Part shown: positions 16,918-24,181 of the stretch, in pieces | Position numbering within the stretch: position 1 is the first letter of the stretch | Layout of the letters: every line of letters begins with the position of its first letter | Assembly (NCBI RefSeq): GCF_001545095.1 | Contig: NZ_CP013213.1 | Span: 1,710,001-1,742,000 of the forward strand | Reading direction: 5' to 3' | From: Erysipelothrix larvae | GTDB taxonomy: Bacteria; Bacillota_I; Bacilli_A; Erysipelotrichales; Erysipelotrichaceae | DNA length: 32,000 bases | Notes under the pieces: model-generated | What the model was told of the DNA's origin: nothing | The model's input: only the letters and a program-made list of their open reading frames with translations | Database searches by the model: none | Translations under genes and position numbers: made by a program

Positions 16918-18468
16918 ATGCAAAATCATCTATTTTTTGCTTTAAATAATAATAAACAATTGTGTAGGCAAATTAAAACATTGACCTATATGCGCTCTCA
17001 CGACAGCCCAATGAGTATTAATGAACTGGTACAACATGTGGGATGCTCTATCCCAACAATGCGTCAAGACATCAATAACCTCAATGATGAGCTTATGGGC
17101 TATTTGAAAATTGTATCCAACGATAAAGATGGGTATACATTATCATTGGATACGATGAGTATGGATGCGATTTTGGTGAAGATGGCTAAAGAGAGTGATG
17201 TTTTTCGTATTATTGATGACATTTTCCATCATGAAATCCATACCTTTGATGAATTACTTGCAGATTTATACCTATCGCCAACTAAACTAAGGAAAACATT
17301 AAATCATATAAACACCGTGCTTGTTTCTTATAATATTGCGCTTTCCACACGATATGTTGATCTTATTGGATGTGAATCGGATATCCGTTACTTCTTCTTT
17401 GCCTTCTACAGTGATTTTAATGATTTTTTCACCATTGATAGTAACTTTGATCGGAGGGAGTATATTTATCAGGTGTTTCATGAACGCGCAATTCAGAGTA
17501 TCATCCCTCATTTTCACTTAAGCAACTTTAGAATGACCTTATGGAGTATAATCATCCATAATCGTATTAAACACCAAAGATTTGTAAGGGTTGACGATCA
17601 TCTTAAAGAGGAATTGCAAGTTTTTGTTTCGTTTGAAAAGTTTAAAGAAGCGTTTATCGATGTGTATCGCAATGCATTCTTAATTCATAACCCTCCCCTT
17701 GATGATATTATCTGGGCGTATGCCATGCTTTTACATAGTGTATCCTACAGCGGACCCAGCCATAGCATTTTTAGTCACTACATCAAGGATTATACACACC
17801 TTGAAACGATTCCTTTGGAATTATCGCAGCGTGTTGAATCCTTATTAATGCATCAATTTGATGAACCAACGATTCACAGTACAGCAATTGATCCGGTTCG
17901 TTCTTATTTGATTAACCTTTCAATTCTTACACGTATTTCACCACAACTTCAACGCGTGTCGAAGTCTTTTAAGCTCTTTGCACACGAGACCATTGATGAT
18001 TTAGTCATCCTTTGGATGAACCATCTCGAGACCCCTGAAGCAAAAGGGTTATTACCAATTGTCTTCAAGGAAGATGTTGCGTGTTCATTAGCAATGCTTC
18101 ATTTCTCTTTTATCAGCCACCAAAAGGATTTTGACCTCTGTGTTCTGTTTGCTTTTCATGGTGAACCTGGATATGATGACTTTCTCATGTATCTATCGCA
18201 ATTTATGATTCCTAAAAATGTAACAACTGCGTTTTTGTTTGACAAGCCAATCACACATGATATCTTGAATCTTGTAAACACTGATTTGGTTGTAACAAAT
18301 TATGACTTACCCGATGCACATAAGATGCAGTGTGATGTCATTCAATTATCCTACATACCCAGTATGGCTGAATGGACTTCACTTCGAAATGCAATTCTCA
18401 ATTTGGCTGCTTCAAAGCATTCGCGAAGTAAACCCGATGAAGACATGGATTCACATTCTTTCTCATAA
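16918..18468 (+). CDS. Mga/AtxA-family (PCVR-like) transcriptional regulator, paralog 2
   Basis: The ORF track starts at 16912, directly abutting AAGGAG. The second ATG (16918) gives MQNHLFFALNNNKQLCRQI, which matches the MHNKRLFFSLN / MQSKRLFFLLN starts of the paralogs. Same HTH, Mga and EIIB-like blocks (VLFAFHGEPGYDDF...LVVTNYD). Confidence 0.8.
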   Translation: MQNHLFFALNNNKQLCRQIKTLTYMRSHDSPMSINELVQHVGCSIPTMRQDINNLNDELMGYLKIVSNDKDGYTLSLDTMSMDAILVKMAKESDVFRIIDDIFHHEIHTFDELLADLYLSPTKLRKTLNHINTVLVSYNIALSTRYVDLIGCESDIRYFFFAFYSDFNDFFTIDSNFDRREYIYQVFHERAIQSIIPHFHLSNFRMTLWSIIIHNRIKHQRFVRVDDHLKEELQVFVSFEKFKEAFIDVYRNAFLIHNPPLDDIIWAYAMLLHSVSYSGPSHSIFSHYIKDYTHLETIPLELSQRVESLLMHQFDEPTIHSTAIDPVRSYLINLSILTRISPQLQRVSKSFKLFAHETIDDLVILWMNHLETPEAKGLLPIVFKEDVACSLAMLHFSFISHQKDFDLCVLFAFHGEPGYDDFLMYLSQFMIPKNVTTAFLFDKPITHDILNLVNTDLVVTNYDLPDAHKMQCDVIQLSYIPSMAEWTSLRNAILNLAASKHSRSKPDEDMDSHSFS

Positions 18469-18474
18469 AACTCA

Positions 18475-18498
18475 AAAGGAGTCACTGACTCCTTTTTA
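18475..18498. terminator. Bidirectional terminator between regulator 2 and the LPETG gene
   Basis: AAAAGGAGT-CACTG-ACTCCTTTTT, flanked by A and T runs, in the 35-bp convergent gap. Confidence 0.75.
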
Positions 18499-18503
18499 AG
18501 TGT

Positions 18504-21080
18504 TTATGAATTGGATTCGTTGTGTGATCCTTTTTTCAAGTGTGCAAAGCGTCTTAACTCTTGTAATGCAAAGGTTAATCCTCCAAGACAGACGAGTAAG
18601 AATCCTATAAATGCAGTGTTTCTATGCTCAGTTCCGGTTTCTGGTAGATCTGGTTTTGATGGTTTAACCGGTTTAGGTTCTTCATCAATGCGTTTTTCAT
18701 ACGTGTTGGTGAAGGTAATTGAATCCACAATTTGTCCGGCTTTTGTATAAGTAACCTGATCAACTACAAGTTTCAGTCTTTGTTCACTGACACTTACTTG
18801 AACTGTAACAGGGTCCATATCATATTCATACTCAGAAGTTCGATCGACGATTTCTCGAATGACATAGGTATAAGTGCCTACTTTGGTAAAGGTAATTTCT
18901 CCAAAGGATGCACTCCCTTCCCCATTTATGAGTACAGTGCTTGTATCTTGAACGGGTGCGTTGTTCATCCCCGTCAGTTTAAATGCAAAGGTTTCATCGG
19001 GTGCATTTCCATCGGATTTGATAATCTTACTAATATCAAATTGAAGGCTTGTTGGGACACGGTATGTGAGCTTAATGACATAATTGTCTAAGTATTCGAT
19101 TTCAAAATGTTCGCGGTCTTTTGTTCTGACATAATACTCGATTTCATTGCCATCTTTATCATACTTCGGCACTTCAAACTCAAACTTCCAATCCTGGTCT
19201 TTGTTTGTGGTTGTACATGCAATTTCAACACCATCGCCATTATAAACACACACTTCAATTTCATCTGGAATCACATGATCATAGCCATCTGGAACATTCC
19301 AAATCACTTCCCCTTCAATGATATTGTTGATGATTGATTTATCAAAGGTGTTGACCGCTTTAACATGCGTCGTCGTTCCTTCAACTGCATTCCCTTTTCC
19401 ATTGAATAGATTTAGAATATACCCCTCTTGCTGATAGTCTTTTTCTTTAACTTCATAGTGTGCTCCAGGTTTTACTTCAATCGTTTTAGATTGACCATGT
19501 TTCAACGTGAATGACTCTGTAACACCATCGATTGTGAGTGTAAACTCAAATGCTTTATTTAAGTCTCCTTCACCAACTACTTCTTTTCTTATTTCTAGAA
19601 GCGTTTTTTGTGGTTCAGGTATGAAACGGTTTTTAAAGGTTACAGTTGTATCCTTACGATCCACCACTCCACTCACTGTATTAACAAGTTCTTGATATGT
19701 TTCAAGATCTTGTTCATGGATTTCGTAGGTTGTGCCATAGGGAATGTTCTCAAATACAGCAGTTGAATTTGCTGGGATTTGAAGTGTTGACCCTTCATCA
19801 TACTTCACAGGATTTCCACCGTCAATTGACACAGTAAGTTCTTCAATATGTTCACTAAATGATACGGTAAATGTGAAACTGTCTTTAAGCGTGGTTCCCA
19901 CAACATCTTTTTTAACAATAAGCGATCCCGTCTTTGCTTCAGGTGTATCGTTTAGATAGGTATTGGTCACGACATATTCCATCACTGTATCGCGTGATGT
20001 TGTCCCTTGGATCTCATTGTGTGAACTACTATATCCTTGATTGCTTGCATCAGTTTCCTTGATTGTGTACTTCAAATTGTCTTTGTGTGTCTGTACCACA
20101 AGGGTGTCATAATGTTTGAGCATAATTGTGTCTCCACTTGCGAGTTCAAATGGGATCGAACCATTTAACGATGCAAAGTAGGTCATGCCGTCTTCAAATG
20201 TAATGGTAAATTCAAATTCAGTCAGAAGTTGGTCTAAGGATAATTGTGAACCATCCCGATTCACAACGTGCTTTGTGAGAATAAACGATCCATCCCCTTT
20301 TTCTTCATCAATTACATGAGTAATGGTTACATCATCATGCCCTTTAAGAATTCCTGTAACATCTGTGATATCGGGTGTGTAGCCTTCTTTAGGAATGGTT
20401 TGTATAGAGTATTCAAGACCACATGGAAGGTTTTCGAAAAGAATGGATTCAAGGTGTTTCAAAAAGACTGAACCTGTTCCATCAATCACACCGCTTTGAT
20501 TACTTCCTGTAAAGGTATATGGATAGGATTTTCCATCACTAAATGTAATCACGTACTCAAACTCAAGATTGCGTTGATCATCACTGAGCATGGTGCCATT
20601 ACTGTTTTTCACGATATTCAACAGTTCAAGTGAACATGTATTACATACACTATAGGTTTGAACTAATACATACTTTTTGAGACTACAATCAACACTAAAT
20701 TCAAACTTGAGTGGGTCTTCTAACTGTTCATCAAGATAAAAATCATATCCAGAAGGCGGCATAATTCCCTTGAAGTAATAGTCCCCTGATTCAAGATGCA
20801 GGGTAACTTCTCCTGATTCATTTGTTGTGTAAATATCACCGATACGTTCATCTCCAAGCTCGTTTTTACGGTACAATTCAAAGCTTGCACCTTCTAACAT
20901 TTTACTTGTATTCAGTTCTGAATTATCAAGAATAACAACACATTGATTAAACTCTGTTCCAAAGTTTGCGGTTTTGTGTTGCGTATCATCATACCAAGCA
21001 CTGAGTGTTGAGATTGTAAGGAGCATGACAAATAATGCAATGACCCCCGATTTGATTTTCTTATACGCTCGTTTTCTCAT
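18504..21080 (-). CDS. LPETG cell-wall-anchored multi-domain surface protein: SpaA/Cna-B prealbumin folds and a Spy0128/FctA-like pilin isopeptide domain, with a SipW-class leader
   Basis: Leader MRKRAYKKIKSGVIALFVMLLTISTLSAWYDDTQHKTANFGTE. SpaA-type block FELYRKNE...NESGEVTLHLESGDYYFKGIMPPSGY. Cna-B-like block IEGEVIWNVPDG...DWKFEFEVPKYDKDGNEIEYYV. FctA-like block ETFAFKLTG...GEITFTKVGTYTYVIREI...ITFTNTY. C-terminal LPETG, hydrophobic segment and basic tail. Confidence 0.9.
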   Translation of the reverse strand: MRKRAYKKIKSGVIALFVMLLTISTLSAWYDDTQHKTANFGTEFNQCVVILDNSELNTSKMLEGASFELYRKNELGDERIGDIYTTNESGEVTLHLESGDYYFKGIMPPSGYDFYLDEQLEDPLKFEFSVDCSLKKYVLVQTYSVCNTCSLELLNIVKNSNGTMLSDDQRNLEFEYVITFSDGKSYPYTFTGSNQSGVIDGTGSVFLKHLESILFENLPCGLEYSIQTIPKEGYTPDITDVTGILKGHDDVTITHVIDEEKGDGSFILTKHVVNRDGSQLSLDQLLTEFEFTITFEDGMTYFASLNGSIPFELASGDTIMLKHYDTLVVQTHKDNLKYTIKETDASNQGYSSSHNEIQGTTSRDTVMEYVVTNTYLNDTPEAKTGSLIVKKDVVGTTLKDSFTFTVSFSEHIEELTVSIDGGNPVKYDEGSTLQIPANSTAVFENIPYGTTYEIHEQDLETYQELVNTVSGVVDRKDTTVTFKNRFIPEPQKTLLEIRKEVVGEGDLNKAFEFTLTIDGVTESFTLKHGQSKTIEVKPGAHYEVKEKDYQQEGYILNLFNGKGNAVEGTTTHVKAVNTFDKSIINNIIEGEVIWNVPDGYDHVIPDEIEVCVYNGDGVEIACTTTNKDQDWKFEFEVPKYDKDGNEIEYYVRTKDREHFEIEYLDNYVIKLTYRVPTSLQFDISKIIKSDGNAPDETFAFKLTGMNNAPVQDTSTVLINGEGSASFGEITFTKVGTYTYVIREIVDRTSEYEYDMDPVTVQVSVSEQRLKLVVDQVTYTKAGQIVDSITFTNTYEKRIDEEPKPVKPSKPDLPETGTEHRNTAFIGFLLVCLGGLTFALQELRRFAHLKKGSHNESNS
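18507..18647 (-). other. Sortase sorting signal: LPETG (18633-18647), TM segment, charged tail
   Basis: The minus strand reads GAT CTA CCA GAA ACC GGA ACT = DLPETGT. This is followed by AFIGFLLVCLGGLTFAL and QELRRFAHLKKGSHNESNS. Confidence 0.9.
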
Positions 21081-21679
21081 AAATCAATAACGTTCTTCCT
21101 TTCTTTTTTCAATTCTTTCAAATAATCACTTGCTGAATTTTTAAATGCAATGATGAGAATAACAATAACACCACTTAGGATATAGTTCTCTTTAATGTAA
21201 GAAATATAGATTCCCAACTGAGGAACGGTTAGTTTTACTTCTCCGATCACATTGGCAGCATAGACTTTTTCTTTGTCAATCTCATCGTTATCAACACCTT
21301 TTGTACTGAAAGCAAGTCCATTGCCTTCATAGTTGTCAATCACTTCAACGATTTCGTGGGTAACAATACTCACCTTGCCATTGATTTTGGTGTAATAGGT
21401 GATGTATTCACCCACCTCTAAGGTTTCAGGATCATCTCGATGTGTTACAATGAGGGACCCTCTTGGCATGACTGAACGCATTGAATCGGTTTGAATGTAG
21501 AAGATTGAGGTATCAAAGAGTGTCTTTGCTTCATCTGGACGCTGGTTTTGCAATACAACCAAAACAATAATAAGTCCAATTAACGCATAGAACAGTATCT
21601 CAGAAAGCGACTTCATGACGCTTGAAATTCGATGTTTTTTTATGGGTTTCAATGTTTCGTTCGTTTGGTTTTCATTCAT
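21077..21679 (-). CDS. sipW: Signal peptidase I, ER/archaeal type (SipW-like, S26B)
   Basis: 200 aa with N- and C-terminal TM segments. TDSMRSVMPRGSLIV, VTHEIVEV and TKGVDND line up with SipW SGSMEP, THRI and KGDNN, so the Ser and His are retained. AAGGAAG RBS. The stop overlaps the ATG of the 858-aa ORF (ATGA). Confidence 0.85.
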   Translation of the reverse strand: MNENQTNETLKPIKKHRISSVMKSLSEILFYALIGLIIVLVVLQNQRPDEAKTLFDTSIFYIQTDSMRSVMPRGSLIVTHRDDPETLEVGEYITYYTKINGKVSIVTHEIVEVIDNYEGNGLAFSTKGVDNDEIDKEKVYAANVIGEVKLTVPQLGIYISYIKENYILSGVIVILIIAFKNSASDYLKELKKERKNVIDL

Positions 21680-21698
21680 GGCTATCTTCCTTATCTAT

Positions 21699-21766
21699 CC
21701 TTATAGGAATTGCCTTGTACAAGAATTTGGCTGGCGGAATAGGTTCACAAGGCAATTCTTATAAAG
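21699..21766. repeat. Inverted-repeat element, copy B: arms CCTTATAGGAATTGCCTTG / CAAGGCAATTCTTATAAAG around a ~30-nt loop
   Basis: Near-identical arms to copy A (12247-12320) with an unrelated loop. It ends 20 nt upstream of the sipW ATG, just 5' of its RBS. Confidence 0.7.
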
Positions 21767-21886
21767 ATAACTCATAATTAATTGAGTTGTCTTTATGTCA
21801 TAGTTAATGGTTTACAAACAAGGATCAAGGAGACATACTCAAGTATGCTCCATTGATCGTGTTATTAACTAATATTTGTACTCGTT

Positions 21887-23743
21887 TTATTTAGTAATCG
21901 AAATCCAAAGTGCAGGGCGTAATGCATTAGTGCCTGTTGTACCATTAGCAGTTGTTAATCTTCCTTGGCTGTTTACGATTGCTACATTTACGTTTCCATT
22001 TGCAGGTGTTCTCAACCATACTTCTGTATTTGCATCCAAGATAGTATTTGATATACCATAACGATTTACATCAGATACACTGAGTGAGAATGCTGTTTTT
22101 GTTCCATTTTCATCTACAGTTGTTGGTGTCGCACTTGAAGAATTCCAGTTTGTACTTGCTGATTCAGCTGGTAGGTTTACAGCTAACACAAACTCACTAT
22201 CTTGTTTTCCATTAATAAATGTATTATAGAATGCTGTATCAGCAGTCTTTAGATATGATCCAGAGTAAGCGGTTCTTGAAGTGCCATTATTTTGGTATCG
22301 CACTTGATTGCTCAATATTCCGTGATTAATATCTGCAGTATTCAGATCCGAGTATGATAATACATCAGATAGAATCAATGCAGTGTTCGCTGCTTCATCA
22401 ATATAAGCGATTGTGAAAGTACGGTTAGCAAATTGAATCTTATCCCCTACTTTTTTACCTGTGATGTCAAAACCTGTTGCTTTTACAACAAGGTTATCCA
22501 TAACATCTTGAAGGTTATCAATTGCATTTTGCACTTCTTCAGCTGTTACACCTGATTTATCATGAACTGTTTCACCATTATTGATTGCATCAAGTAAGTC
22601 TTGAGCTGATGCATCTTCTAGTGTAGTTGAGTCAATGAGTTTTGCTTCATCGATGAGATCTTGAAGTTCTTGTAGAAGTTCTTTAAGTTGAGTGTCCTCA
22701 ACAGGTGCTGATCCCTCACTGCCTTTTAACATATTCACGATGTCTTTGTTTCCATTAACCCATAGGTCAAGGTCTTCAATGGATACTGCATCCATAACTA
22801 CATTAATTTGGTAGAATGCTGTACCATTAGGTTGTTCAATCAATGTTACAGTTTCTAAGAAGTTTGGAGTAAGTGTTTCAGGAACTGAAGCAGTCTTGCT
22901 GTGTGCAAGTGCTTGACCCCAATATACCCAACCTTCATCACTCGTTGTATCAATGATCCACTTCGCTACTGGTTGTTTTCCACCTTCAATCCATTGTTCC
23001 AATGTAATGACATCTTCTCCTAATTGCCATTCAACATATTTTTCAAATGCTGAAGTTGAATCATCCCATGTTTTCACAGTGTATTGTGATTCATTATTAT
23101 CTGCAGGATTTTCATCGTGTTGTTTATCATTACGTGCTGATTCAGATTGGTTTGTTTGACCATCAATAATTGATTTCATTTCTTCTTCAACATCAAGGAT
23201 TACAAACTTACCATATTGTCCATTTGGATCATGTGCTTGGGTACGGATGTAGAAATATGCTTGGTCATCAAAGTATCCTTTTTGCGAAACAATACGATCT
23301 TGTGGATCTAGATCAGAATCATAATCTTTTTGGTCTAGTGTTGCTAAGAACGCTTCTGCTTCTGCTTGAGTTGAAAAACGGTAGAAGTTTCCATCTGTAT
23401 CGATCATATAACGATTTTCGCTATATACATAGGTACGTTCGCCAATTTCCATATACTCTTTAAATTGTAAACGGATGTATGCATCCTTATATATAGATTT
23501 AGCTGTGTCAGCGTCTTCACCATTTCTTACAGAAACAGCTTTAACGATTGCTTGACCTTTTTCCCATTCACTTACTTCTTCAAAGTCTTCAATCAATGTT
23601 ACATTGAAGTCTACTGTTTTCGTTGTGAAATTGTTGGTCTTGTGCTGTGTATAATCATGCCACGCAAGTGACCCAGATAATAGTAAGGCGATTGCCAGAG
23701 CACCCGTTGTTACGGTTGCTTTCTTTTTATGTGTTAATTTCAT
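21887..23743 (-). CDS. Secreted protein, paralog 4 of 4: SipW-class leader, N-domain, FIVAR-like helical module, DUF6273-like C-domain
   Basis: Start corrected from GTG 23761 to ATG 23743 (MKLTHKKKATVTTGALAIALLLSGSLAWHDYTQHKTNNFTT). C-terminus ...TAFSLSVSDVNRYG...EVWLRTP...LRPALWISITK. Confidence 0.85.
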   Translation of the reverse strand: MKLTHKKKATVTTGALAIALLLSGSLAWHDYTQHKTNNFTTKTVDFNVTLIEDFEEVSEWEKGQAIVKAVSVRNGEDADTAKSIYKDAYIRLQFKEYMEIGERTYVYSENRYMIDTDGNFYRFSTQAEAEAFLATLDQKDYDSDLDPQDRIVSQKGYFDDQAYFYIRTQAHDPNGQYGKFVILDVEEEMKSIIDGQTNQSESARNDKQHDENPADNNESQYTVKTWDDSTSAFEKYVEWQLGEDVITLEQWIEGGKQPVAKWIIDTTSDEGWVYWGQALAHSKTASVPETLTPNFLETVTLIEQPNGTAFYQINVVMDAVSIEDLDLWVNGNKDIVNMLKGSEGSAPVEDTQLKELLQELQDLIDEAKLIDSTTLEDASAQDLLDAINNGETVHDKSGVTAEEVQNAIDNLQDVMDNLVVKATGFDITGKKVGDKIQFANRTFTIAYIDEAANTALILSDVLSYSDLNTADINHGILSNQVRYQNNGTSRTAYSGSYLKTADTAFYNTFINGKQDSEFVLAVNLPAESASTNWNSSSATPTTVDENGTKTAFSLSVSDVNRYGISNTILDANTEVWLRTPANGNVNVAIVNSQGRLTTANGTTGTNALRPALWISITK

Positions 23744-23794
23744 CTTTCTCCTCCTTAACACTGTATTGCAAGGTAACCTCCTGCAACTACTTTG

Positions 23795-23803
23795 ATTTTA
23801 GCA
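23795..23803 (-). promoter_or_regulatory. Extended -10 promoter TGCTAAAAT for paralog 4 and possibly the sipW operon
   Basis: The minus strand reads aaaTTGCTAAAATcaa, exactly 51 nt upstream of ATG 23743. This is the same spacing as paralogs 2 and 3. The last 20 nt of the leader are identical in all three. Confidence 0.5.
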
Positions 23804-24181
23804 ATTTACAAGCCTATAATTTTCATCACTATTTGTCGACCTTTTAAGAAAACCAATCTCATTTTTCAATTTGAAATAACTTACAAGAATTTGTCAATTT
23901 AAGAAAATTTTTCGTAAATAAAGAAATAATTTTGAATGTGTTTAAGGGTCAAAAATTGAATAAAAATCTCGACAACAGGAATACTACAGTCATTTTTAAT
24001 GAAATAATTCATTTTCGTTTCAAGAACGACCCAAAAAATCAAGTTGAATTGTGAAATATCCATAGAATTAAAAAAATATTACACGTTTTTTCGAAAGTTA
24101 GGAAAAAACTATTGAAATTTCTTATCTATCAATATTTTAAAATTTTATTATCTAGAGAAATAAGATGAAGGAGACTCCTGT

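Noticed and set aside
23860-24120. Recurrent ATTGAA(A/T) and GGTCAAAA(A)TTG-like words in the divergent regions between regulators and paralog genes, as possible Mga-like binding sites.
   Set aside because: The regions are very AT-rich, so such words recur by chance. Only one word (GGTCAAAAWTTG at about 16623 and 23946) is shared, and it sits at different distances from the promoters. This is not enough to call a site.
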